Assembly: GCA_002269645.1 (NCBI GenBank)
Contig: NIVC01001257.1
Coordinates: 186,001-250,000, forward strand
Direction of reading: 5' to 3'
DNA length: 64,000 nt
DNA from: Macrostomum lignano
Taxonomy: Eukaryota
A program made the translations under genes and the position numbers. Of this stretch, positions 1 to 21,900 are shown in pieces. Each line of letters begins with the position of its first letter. The first letter of the stretch is position 1. The notes beneath the pieces were generated by a model. That model saw only the letters and a list, made by a program, of their open reading frames with translations, was not told the DNA's origin and ran no database searches.

Positions 1-130
1 GGGGATCTGGGAGGGTGGCAGTTAGAATCTGGGATCTGGGAGGGTGCCAGTCAGAATCTGGGGATCTGGGAGGGTGCCAGTCAGAATCTGGGGATCTGGG
101 AGGGTGCCAGTCAGAATCTGGGATCTGGGA
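1..130. repeat. 30-bp minisatellite (GGGATCTGGGAGGGTGCCAGTCAGAATCTG), ~4 copies, cut by window edge
   Basis: Direct periodicity at 1-130. Confidence 0.9.
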
Positions 131-145
131 GGTTGGCAGTCAGCT

Positions 146-10352
<10,207 letters not shown>

Positions 10353-10457
10353 ATTAAACTATTCCTCTGAATGACTTCACCTGGTTCTCACCTGGGAGAC
10401 ATTACAGTTCCCACCTCACGGTTCAATGGCTCTATCCAATGACACAATAACCAGTCG

Positions 10458-10955
10458 ACACATTCATGTACTTATATACACATTCATGTACTTATAGACA
10501 CATGCATGTACCTATAGGCACATTCATGTACTTATATACACATTCATGTACTTATAGACACATGCATGTACCTATAGACACATTCATGTACTTATATACA
10601 CATTCATGTACTTATAGACACACACATGTACCTATGGACACATAAATGTACCTATAAACACATACATATACCTATAGATATATTCATGTACTTATAGACA
10701 CATTCATGTACCTATAGATATATTCATGTACTTATAGACACATTCATGTACCTATAGATATATTCATGTACTTATAGACACATTCATGTACCTATAGACT
10801 CATACATGTACCTATAGACACATTCATGTACTTATGGACACATAGACATACCTATAGATATATTCATGTACATATAGACACATACATATACCTATAGATA
10901 TAACAATGTACATATAGACACATGCATGTACCTATAGACACATTCATGTACCTAA
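10458..10955. repeat. 20-bp minisatellite (ACACATTCATGTACTTATAG)
   Basis: ~24 copies. Confidence 0.93.
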
Positions 10956-10999
10956 AGACAAGGCAGATACATCTAATAGCCAACCGAGTTCAACCTTAG

Positions 11000-11140
11000 C
11001 CCTAAAACTTTGTTTCCTGTTCTCAGGACTGGAACGGGCTCACCTTAGTCTGGTTTAGATAGATAGACCAGATACTTAGATACTTAGATAGATAGATAGA
11101 TAGATAGACACAGACAGACCATTTTTAGTATATAGGATTT
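11000..11140 (+). mobile_element. Possible 3' end of a Helentron/DINE-like non-autonomous element with (GATA)/(CAGA) microsatellite
   Basis: Microsatellite followed by CATTTTTAGTATATAGGAT, similar to the end at 46265-46280. Confidence 0.4.
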
Positions 11141-11516
11141 AAAATATAAAAAAATTCACATGAAGTTCTGAACTGATGCTCTGCAAGTCTATTCTATCTT
11201 AATAGCCATAACCTGCTTCCAGTCCTTAAATAGTATTTATCAGACTGTTTTGACAAAGTTTATTAATTAAACCGCAATTCTCTCGGGTGGTGTAAAAGAC
11301 TGCTCAACCAGAGTGATGTGATTGCCCTTAATTAATTAATTTGAGCTCTAGTTTATTGCCTACAAGTAAGGTGCCTTGTGGACAATGCTAGCTCAAAGGG
11401 CTTTTACAATGCAGACACTTTGGAGAGGATCACAGCTCCCAAGCCCACACACAACTTACGGACGTATCACACACACAAAAATGTAATGTCGAATGCTTGC
11501 TTGAACTGGTAGCTGG

Positions 11517-13415
11517 TCTGTCAGCATCTGTCTAGAGAGTCTGTCAGCATCTGTCAAGAAAGTCTGTCAGCATCTGTCAAGAGAATGTGTCAGCATCTGT
11601 TAAGAGAGTCTGTCAGCATCTGTCAGCATCTGTGTAGAGAATCTGTCAGCATCTGTTAAGAGAGTCTGTCAGCATCTGTCAGCATCTGTGTAGAGAATCT
11701 GTCAGCATCTGTTAAGAGAGTCTGTCAGCATCTGTCAGCATCTGTGTAGAGAATCTGTCAGCATCTGTCAGCATCTGTGTAGAGAATCTGTCAGCATCTG
11801 TCAGCATCTGCCAAGAGAGTCTGTCAGCATCTGTCAGCATCTGTGTAGAGAATCTGTCAGCATCTGTCAGCATCTGTCAGCATCTGTGTAGAGAATCTGT
11901 CAGCATCTGTCAGCATCTGTCAGCATCTGTGTAGAGAATCTGTCAGCATCTGTCAGCATCTGTCAGCATCTGTGTAGAGAATCTGTCAGCATCTGTCAGC
12001 ATCTGTGTAGAGAATCTGTCAGCATCTGTCAGCATCTGCCAAGAGAGTCTGTCAGCATCTGTCAGCATCTGTGTAGAGAATCTGTCAGCATCTGTCAAGA
12101 GAATGTGTCAGCATCTGTGTAGAGAATCTGTCAGCATCTGTCAGCATCTGTGTAGAGAATCTGTCAGCATCTGTCAGCATCTGTCAGCATCTGTGTAGAG
12201 AATCTGTCAGCATCTGTCAGCATCTGCCAAGAGAGTCTGTCAGCATCTGTCAGCATCTGTCAAGAGAGTCTGTCAGCATCTGTCAGCATCTGCCAAGAGA
12301 GTCTGTCAGCATCTGTCAAGGGAATGTGTCAGCATCTGTCAGGAGAATCTGTCAGCATTTGTCAGCATCTGTCAAGAGAATGTGTCAGCATCTGTCAAGA
12401 GAATGTGTCAGCCTCTGTCAAGAGAATGTATCAGCATCTGTCAAGAGAATGTGTCAGCATCTGTCAGGAGAATCTGTCAGCATCTGTCAGCATCTGTCAG
12501 CATCTGTCAGAAGAATCTGTCAGCATCTGTCAGGAGAATCTGTCAGCATCTGTCAAGAGAGTCTGTCAGCATCTGTCAGAAGAATCTGTCAGCATCTGTC
12601 AGGAGAATCTGTCAGCATCTGTCAAGAGAGTCTGTCAGCATCTGTCAGAAGAATCTGTCAGCATCTGTCAGGAGAATCTGTCAGCATCTGTCAAGAGAGT
12701 CTGTCAGCATCTGTCAGAAGAATCTGTCAGCATCTGTCAGAAGAATCTGTCAGCATCTGTCAGAAGAATCTGTCAGCATCTGTTAAAAGAATCTGTCAGC
12801 ATCTGTCAGAAGAATCTGTCAGCATCTGTTAAAAGAATCTGTCAGCATCTGTCAGGAGAATCTGTCAGCATCTGTCAGGAGAATCTGTCAGCATCTGTCA
12901 AGAGAGTCTGTCAGCATCTGTCAGAAGAATCTGTCAGCATCTGTCAGAAGAATCTGTCAGCATCTGTTAAAAGAATCTGTCAGCATCTGTTAAAAGAATC
13001 TGTCAGCATCTGTCAGAAGAATCTGTCAGCATCTGTTAAAAGAATCTGTCAGCATCTGTTAAAAGAATCTGTCAGCATCTGTCAGGAGAATCTGTCAGCA
13101 TCTGTTAAAAGAATCTGTCAGCATCTGTCAGGAGAATCTGTCAGCATCTATTAAAAGAATCTGTCAGCATCTGTCAAGAGAGTCTGTCAGCATCTGTCAA
13201 GAGAGTCTGTCAGCATCTGTCAGAAGAATCTGTCAGCATCTGTTAAAAGAATCTGTCAGCATCTGTCAAGAGAATCTGTCAGCATCTGTCAAGAGAATCT
13301 GTCAGCATCTGTCAGCATCTGTCAGCATCTGTCAAGAGAATCTGTCAGCATCTGTCAAGAGAATCTGTCAGCATCTGTCAGCATCTGTCAGCATCTGTGT
13401 AGAGAATCTGTCAGA
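11517..13415. repeat. Compound satellite built on TCTGTCAGCA 10-mers with AAGAGAA/AGAAGAA spacers (~1.9 kb)
   Basis: Direct periodicity; explains the ORFs at 12324-13154. Confidence 0.95.
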
Positions 13416-13657
13416 AACTCGCTGAGGCTTTTTGCATCAGAGCCGCCATGGTTAGGCCTATATGTAATGCTAAACTTCTGACTGGGTTTCAACCCTTCTA
13501 ATTAAAGCAGATTGCTTCGACACATTTTTTGACACACAGTCGGCTAGCTGCATCCCACTCAAAATCTAGAAAAACGTCTTGGGATACAAGACACCTGCCA
13601 CAAAAATTTTAATGAGCTTTGATTTAAAAAGCAGGCTGGCTTAGCGAGAGTTTGGGA

Positions 13658-14398
13658 ATGGTGCCCAGGATGCAGATGGAATCGAGTGCCCTCACTGTAT
13701 CGATGCTGCTGTGCTCAGTCCGCGGTCAGCTGCTCTGTCCGAGTCCGTTTAGCAGCTCGGCCAGAAAGTGTCTCTACAAGAACAATAACCAAAGCTACTC
13801 CTGGTGCGAGGCCAACCTGCAGTGCGCGGCGCTCGGGGGCGAGCTGGCGAACAGCCGCAGCTCCCTCAGTTACCGGAGCTACAGCCGGGGCCTGTGGGTC
13901 GGCGTCTCCGACCTCGCCGATGAGCGAAACACCTCCAAATCTGGCTGGCAGCGAGTCAACGACAACGGCATTCTGCCTCTCGATGCCTCGCTCTGGAGAC
14001 ACGACGATCCAAATAAGGAATTCGAAGACTGCCTTCTGCTGTTGGAACACACCTTCGCCAAAGGACTCGCTAACACTGTCTGCTCCAATGGAAGCTTCGG
14101 CTACCTGTGCGAGTTCCGGCCGGCGACTCGACCTGCCGCAAAGCTGCAGCCGGCCGCCTGGAGGCGAGTGGAGTTCAAGCGGACCAGCTACAAGCCGAGC
14201 ACCGAGTACTGCTACAAAGACCTGACCGGGATGCCGAGCTCTGTGAGCTGCGTAGCGGCGGCTGGCCGAGACAAAAACTGCAGACGCGCGCTGTACAACA
14301 GGAGGTCGAAGCTGTGCCGCCTGCTGCTGTTCACCGACGCTCAGGTCGAGTCGGAGATCGAGAACTGCGAGGACTGGGCGAAGTTCAGCGTGACATGA
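13658..14398 (+). CDS. Intronless, probably secreted C-type lectin domain + PAN/apple-like domain protein (~246 aa)
   Basis: CTLD pattern CPSPF..KCLY..SWCEANLQCAALGGELA..LWVGVSD..W..DDPN..EDC..C..GYLCE; C-terminal YC..SCVA..CRRALYNRRSKLCRL. First ATG at 13658. Signal peptide only weakly hydrophobic. Confidence 0.82.
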   Translation: MVPRMQMESSALTVSMLLCSVRGQLLCPSPFSSSARKCLYKNNNQSYSWCEANLQCAALGGELANSRSSLSYRSYSRGLWVGVSDLADERNTSKSGWQRVNDNGILPLDASLWRHDDPNKEFEDCLLLLEHTFAKGLANTVCSNGSFGYLCEFRPATRPAAKLQPAAWRRVEFKRTSYKPSTEYCYKDLTGMPSSVSCVAAAGRDKNCRRALYNRRSKLCRLLLFTDAQVESEIENCEDWAKFSVT

Positions 14399-14515
14399 GC
14401 GAGGACTGGGCGGAGTTCAGCGTGACGTGAGCGAGGACTGGGCGGAGTTCAGCGTGACGTGAGCGAGGACTGGGCGGAGTTCAGCGTGACGTGAGCGAGG
14501 ACTGGGCGGAGTTCA
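14369..14515 (+). repeat. 32-bp tandem repeat derived from the last codons/stop of the lectin gene (~4.6 copies)
   Basis: GAGGACTGGGCGGAGTTCAGCGTGACGTGAGC repeated. Confidence 0.92.
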
Positions 14516-15958
14516 ACAAAAAAATACATTTCAACAACTGTTCTATTTGCTGAGATTTTGGCTTATGGTTTACCGTGAATTCAAGTCTCGCATCTTTAAA
14601 AAATATACCTGTGTAAGCAGCATGAATCTCTTTGAATTAAGAACTACAAGCGGAATCACGAGCGTGACTAAATGAGTAAAAAACTTGTTTCAATGGTACG
14701 CCCTACTCGCGAGCAAGCACGAGCGATGTCACTCACAGGCTCTTGAAGAGCTCCTTTCCAGCAAGGCGTCTCTTCTGCATCCTCAAACCGAAATGAAAGA
14801 AGTGCAGCCTCGGCACTGGGTAGTTCGTTTTTTCCAGAGGCGTTATGAGACAGGTAGACAGCTGTGACTCGTAGGCAGGTGGAGGGCCGCTACCGCCACA
14901 GCTCTACTTATTGTCTATTTTAGTCTGTTTAAATTGCATCTCAGAGCCAGGAAAACTTCTAGGGGAAAAATATAAGCAGGCCTCTTCTACCTGCCTTGCA
15001 CTACCTCGCTAAACTACCCTGCATCAACTAAACAGCCTTTCCAGCTTCTCGGCAGGCAATTAGAACAATGGCCCGCCATCTGCCAGGCAGCTCTTGGGTT
15101 CTTCTCTTCCTTAGCAACCCCCATCTCAGCAGCTTAGGAGGCAAGCCAGTTGAAATATTGATGATGCCAGTGAGCGGCAACTATGACTGTCTTTCTGAAT
15201 GAGCCATTCCTCTCAATGACTGCCCCGGCAGGACTCTGCAGCTATTGATTTTACTGTTCCTGGGGCAAGGAAATCTTAAGCCTCACTATTCTTCCGCAAT
15301 TTTTACTTTCTAGAGATCGCTGCAGACTCTCAGAAATTTGATTTGCAATCGATGCAATTTATTAAATAAATTTTAGCAATCGTTGCGACTGTATTTAACC
15401 CAAAGACTACTCTAATAGAAGGACAGGAAACCTCGTTTCTATGTTTCCTGTACCTGAAAATCATAAAAATGCATGGCACAGCTCGATTTTTTGGTTTTAT
15501 GAATCTATTTCATCATCTCTGTTACACATATTGTTACACAGTCAGCTAAGAATAATAAAATAGATCCATAAAACCAATGAGACGAGCCGTGCCATTTTAA
15601 TTGTCCATACGGACATATACAATTGTAATGTACAATGAAAACATTGAATTCTACTTTTCCAAACGAAAAGCTTTATGAATATAGATAAAGCAATAGGAAA
15701 GGCACAGCACATCAAAAGATGAACTTTGGGTCTGCCTGCAATCAAAAGCAATAACTATTTTTGTGCCGAAAAAAATGAAAGCTTCCTATCTCCGTAGTGT
15801 ATTTTCTATGCCTCCTGAAATTTTCTAAGAAACGAGTTTTCCGGTCATTCTACTTGAGTAGAACTTGATAACCATAGATCTGATAATCCTGTACGCTATA
15901 AAATATGCAAACTAAAATACAATATTTGTGAGCAATGCTTGTGTTCCCTAAAATCCAA

Positions 15959-18900
15959 TCATCCATCGTCCTGCTCAACAGATTCGTCATCTATCGAACT
16001 CAGAGACCCGTCAGCGTTGCCAAACAACTGCCGGTTGTGCAGCAGAATCATCCGGCTGAACACCTGGTCCAGAGACATCTGATAGAACGAGAAGTACAGG
16101 ATCCCGATCGCTGCCCGGGTCTCCGCCAGCCACATCAGCGCCAGCGACAGCCGGACAATGCTGAACATTGGGATGGAGAAGATCACCCTGTTGGCGAATT
16201 CTTCAATCACCGCGGTGTTGGGAAACTTCTTCGAGACAGCGTCGACTATGACGGCCCTCTTGGTGGCGACAACCGCGGCTGAGTTGCCTCGGTCGGTTCG
16301 GACGAGAACCTCCAACGTGTAGAACAGGCCGAACCTTGGAAAGGGCATGGATGAACTAAGTTGAGATGCTGGTTTTTAGGCTTAAGGAAGGATGGCTGCG
16401 GAGTTGAAATCGGCTACCCTCTCTTGTTCAAACTAAATGAGAATTCGGACAGGCTAGATTAGAATTCGGACAGGATAAATGAGAACTCGGACAGGCTAAA
16501 TGAGAATTCGGACAAGATAAATGAGAATTCGGACAGGCTAGATTAGAATTCGGACAGGATAAATGAGAACTCGAACAGGCTAAATGAGAATTTGGACAAG
16601 ATAAATGAGAATTCGGACAGGCTATATTAGAATTCGGACAGGATAAATGAGTATTCGGACAGTCTAAATTAGAACTCGGACAAGATAAATGAGAATTCGG
16701 ACAGGCTAAACAAAAACTCGGACAGGATGAATGAGAATTCGAAAAGGCTAAATTAGAACTCGGACAAGATAAATGAGAATTCGGACAGGCTAAATAAGAA
16801 CTCGGACAGGATAAATGAGAAGTCGGACGGGCTAAATAAGAACTCGGACAGGATAAATGAGAATTCGGACATGCTAAACAAAAACTCGGACAGGATAAAT
16901 GAGAATTCGAAAAGGCTACATTAGAACTCGGACAAGATAAATGAGAATTCGGACATGCTAAACAAAAACTCGGACAGGATAAATGAGAATTCGGACAGGC
17001 TAAATTAGAACTCGGACAGGATAAATGAGAATTCTGAGGGCTAAATTAGAACTCGGACAGGATAAATGAGAATTCTGAGGGCTAAATTAGAACTCGGACA
17101 GGATAAATGAGAATTCGGACATGCTAAACGAAAATGGCTTTTTCCACTTGCAGCTCTTGGAGACTTCCAAAACGAAGTTGAAATCCTCACCAATCTGCTC
17201 AGCTACAATGGCTATCCTAAGAACTTTGTGATGAAAATTGTCAACTCTTTTCTCAATGACAAACTGACTGAACCTACTCGGATGAAAGTTCGTGATTCCA
17301 CCTATAAATGTCCCTTGATCACTTTGCCTTACTTTGGTGTTTGTTCTATAGAGTTTAAAAAGAAGTTAGAAAAGCTGCTCCGTAAAGACTTAAACACTCA
17401 AATCCGTGCTGTGTTTCGCACCGAAAAGATTGCTAAGTTCGTCTGCAAGTTGAAATCCAGGGTTCCACGTCCTCTCGCGGCTGGTGTCATGTATAAATTT
17501 GTTTGCTATGAGGACCAGGGGCCCGTGCTATAGAATCAGGAGTTAGGAGTTAGGAGCTAGGACTCAAGAGTACTCTTGACAAGGAGTGATTGAATTTTGT
17601 GTGCTATAGAATCAGGAGTTGAGAGTTAGGAGCTAGGACTCAAGAGTACTCTTGACAAGGAGTGATTGAATTTTGTGTGCTATAGAATCAGGAGTTAGGA
17701 GTTAGGAGTTAGGAGTTCTTGCAAGGAGTGCAGCCTAGGAGTGGGGGTGTGTTCAAGGAGTGTTGCGCAATCGTTTAAGGATGATAGAGAATTGTGTGCT
17801 ATATCACAATCCTAAATTTACGGTCCCTTAAAAATTGAATCTCAGGAGTGAAAATGCAAATTGCTCAAAAAATATCATTTGTGAGAGCCGTCGCTGCACG
17901 CAAAGAGGTTCTCTTTGGTGCGTTTAGTACAACCATAACTAAGAATGCGAAGATTGCTATGTGGCAAGACGCGATATTGGAATGTTGGAATTTGTTAGGA
18001 CACACTGATGTTGGATGTTCGATTCTGTGTCGAATTCTATCTGTTAGGCTTGAAAGCTGGATCTCGTTAAGTCTAAAACGCATAGCACTCTCGGCTGTAT
18101 CTTCTTCAAAAATATTAATTCCTTAAACTGTCGACGGCGTCTATCATTGACTCCTTCCTCATCAGAATCCGATTCGCTGTCCGAAAACATTATAATCCTG
18201 TCTAAGAGTGAAAATTGGCCCTTGAACTCTTGCTTAGGAGTCAAGAGTTAGGAGCGAAATTTTCTCATTCTATGGGACACGCGCTCCTAGAATGACTCCT
18301 AAAAGCCAGCTCCTAGCTCCTAGCTCCTAGACTTCCTCTCCTAATTCTATAGCATGCCACGGACCTTAATGAGTTCTCCTAAATTCACCCAGGAGTCTCC
18401 TAACGTCCTTAAGGAGCCTCCTAGCTCTTAAAATTTACTCTTGATTCTATAGCACAGAAAAGCCAGCTAGGAGCTAGAGTTAGGACACTCTTAAAGATTT
18501 AGGAGTTAAGAGTATTCTATAGCACGGGCCCCAGAGCATCTCCTACATAGGAAAAACTAAACGACACCTATACACGAGGGTCAGAGAGCATTGGCTAAAA
18601 AACTCTGCTATTAACGAGCACCTGCTAACCTGCAATTCTTGTTGTGAGGCTGAACCACACGAAATGATAAAGGCTATTGATTTTTGTAATACGAGCGTAG
18701 AGATCACATGCTCTGCCTATTAGAAGCCCTGTACATTAAGACCAAACAGCCCACGTTAAATAACCAACTTGCGATGGCTAGCCGTCAACTCCGAATTTTT
18801 TAGCTGATTTGTTAATGACCGGACTGGCTTGAAACTGATATGCACTTTACCCAACCAATACTGTATCAAAAATTTGATTACTATGTACAAGTTTTAAACC

Positions 18901-21900
18901 ATCAATTAAAAACTCAATTCAACTACTCTTGGTACTCTCAACTATCTATATATACTGAATATTCGTTCAAATTGTTTCTTAAATAAAAAGACCCTGACGA
19001 TGTCCTAATGCAAAGGGACGAAATGCATCGGCAATGAAACTAAATAAATACAATTTATGTTGATTCTTACTTTTATTTAGGATAAATGAGAATTCGAAAA
19101 GGCTAAATTAGAACTCGGACAAGAGAAATGAGAATTTGGACAGGCTAAATTAGAACTCGGACAGGATAAATGAGAATTCAGAAACGCTAAACGAAAACTC
19201 GGACAGGATAAATGAGAATTCGAAAAGGCTAAATTAGAACTCGGACAGGATAAATGAGAATTCAGTCGGGCTAAATTATAACTCGGACAGGCCAAATGAG
19301 AATTCGGACAGGCTAGATGAGAGCTCGGATAGGCCACTGCTATCAATATTATTTCGGGCCACTTACCTGCTCTTGAGCTCTTGAACGGAGCCCAGGCCCA
19401 CCAGAAGGCCGTGGTTCAAGACGCCGACTCGGTGGCACAGCGCCTCGGCCTCCTCCATGCTGTGCGTTGTGACCACAATGGAATTCCGACGACTGGCCAA
19501 GGACTGGATGGCCTTCCACAGAATGCGCTTGCCCTCGGGGTCCACTCCGGTTGAAGCCTCGTCTATGACAAGCAGACACGGGTTGCCAAGCAGGATGGCA
19601 GCTAAAGATAAGCGTCTTTTAAAACCATATGACAACTGCTTGCTAGTCTTCTTCTCGTGTTCTGTCAAGCACAGACACTGCAGTAGTACGTCGATAACAT
19701 CCTTTGACTCTTTGGCGCCAATTATGCTAGCGTAAAATTCTAGGTGTTCCCTGCGGATCAATAACATAATTTAGTAATTAATCGTGTTCACAACACTATG
19801 TCCCTGTAATGCCTGAAGGAAACGCACTAGCATAACATTGGACCCGAATTATTGTTGCTGTAAGGCTTGTAGTGTTGTGAGGGGCGGGTGTTGTTTGTGG
19901 TGGGTGCTGTTTATGGCGGGTGTTATTTGTGGCGGATGTGGTTTGGAGTGGGTTGTTGTGAGGTGCGGATTGTTGTGAGGGGCAGGTTGTTGTGAGGGGC
20001 GGGTTGTTGTGAGGGGCGGGTTGTTGTGAGGGGCAGGTTGTTGTGAGGGGCGGGTTGTTGTGAGGGGCGGGTTGTTGTGAGGGGCAGGTTGTTGTGAGGG
20101 GCGAGTGTTGTAAGGGGCGGATTTTACACGAGGCCTTCTCACCTGACAGTGACGTCGCTGTACTGCGGATTGTACTGCGGGCAGTACCCGATCCGACCCC
20201 GCCTGGCAGCGAGGCGGCTCGCCATCCACTGATTGACAACTTGTACTTCGCAGCAGCCTTCCTTGGCTCGAAGGTCGCCAACAATGACAGACAGGGTTGT
20301 ACTCTTCCCGGCGCCATTCGGGCCGAGTAGTCCGAAAATCTCGCCAGGAGACGTGGACAGGGTGACGTCGCTAACAACATTGTTGCCGCTCTGGTAGGCC
20401 GCTGAGAGATGCCGGATCTCCAGCATGTTGTCCGGATTTCTCCGCTCTTTGGTCAGACTCCGGGTCTCCTCTTTCAAGCCGATGCTGTCGCTGTCTTTGT
20501 TGAAGTCAGCTTCTGCTGAGCCAATTAGGCTGTGGATCTTCTGCGAAATGGTGGCCCTCTCGTCCAGAAAGACCATCAGGACTGCCAGCAAAACCGAGTG
20601 GACTGCCAAAGCAATTAGCGAGCTTAAAACGTGCGGCTGGGAAAAGTATACCAATCTTATTCCCCCCTTTACTTCGCTGATTCGTTTCAGTTCAAAGTAG
20701 GAAAGCGTATAGAAAATTGCCTTCGTGCCGTAGAATGTGAGTGCGATGGCAGTGAATGGAGGAAGAACCGAAATCAGCACAATTCCGAAGACATTGTCCA
20801 GCTGAGCCGCCAAAATGATGAAGACTAGAAATATTGAGAAGAACAAGTGCATCACGGACACTACCGGGTTTGATTTGTTTAACAAAGAGCTAAGGATGTA
20901 CACCAAAAGCTGGTTGTTGCTCAGGCCTAACACGAGAGTCGGCAGTACAACCCCAACTAGATAAAAGCTGTTTCCATAGCCAATAAAGTTTATTACAACT
21001 ATTAGAACGACACTGGAAAGGTAGATGATGGCGTATTGAATCCAGTGCACGAGAAACATGATGATCCAATACTGCACGTCTTCAACGCCCATTGAAGACA
21101 GCTGGTTCTTAATTTTAGTGTCTCTGTCCTCCATGAGGTCGTCAAGGAACGTTGCTGGCACAATAGCAATAATGATAAGCTGGACGAAAGCGCCGTACAG
21201 GGGAATAAATGTACTTCTAAAGTTGTAGGCAGTCAGTGCCATCACTTTGTAAGCGTTTTCTGAAACTGGATGTTCCTGGCCCAGCTTCTTAGCCATTATG
21301 AACCTTGAAAACTTGGTGTAAGCGCCCATGGACACGGAGGCATCTCTGAAGGAGTTGTGCTGCTCAAACGTGCTAAATGAGCCAACGTACAGTTTGCGAG
21401 CCGAATTCAACTGCGAAGCGTCCCACGTGTCCGTGAAAACTATTGGGCACCCGACAAGATCTTCTGGCGAGTTGCATGCTGCTTTGATGCGGTCCAGTTG
21501 AGCTGGCTCCTGAATGTATTCGTAAAATTGTGCACCATCGGGTATTTGCATTTTCACAAAATTTTCCCCTCTGACCTTCAGGCGATGACTTCTCAGTATA
21601 ACGGAGCACCAAGAGGCGTTAATGTCACCAACGAGATCGCCTTCCCTGTACAGGCAAATGCCTTTGCTGAAAGCTTCCCCAAAATTAGTAAGGTTGTTGC
21701 GCAAGACCATTTTCGAATTGTTCGCTCCCCGCTCCACAACGGCTAGGATTAGCAAAAGTACCAGGAGCACAGCTGGTGAGATGATTCGGGTTGCTAATCG
21801 AATTCGGGATCGAACAACGCGCAACACGTTGAGGTACGCAATTGCGCGGAAACGCATCAGGAAAGAAGGACAGATTTTCTTCTCCATTTCTGTGAACATT

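Larger units (their letters stand above)
17133..19079 (+). mobile_element. 5'-truncated Penelope-like element (end of RT thumb + GIY-YIG endonuclease + 3' region), split by a Harbinger insertion
   Basis: Removing 17519-18531 plus one CAG restores GVMYKFVCYEDQSISYIGKTKRHLYTRVREH (GIY-YIG); downstream LLEALYIKTKQPTLN motif after a frameshift. Confidence 0.88.

Noticed and set aside
12324-13154. Repetitive ORFs in satellites (also 26950-28092, 43510-45609, 53822-54238, 57107-58321)
   Set aside because: Stop-free frames arise from tandem monomers; no coding evidence.
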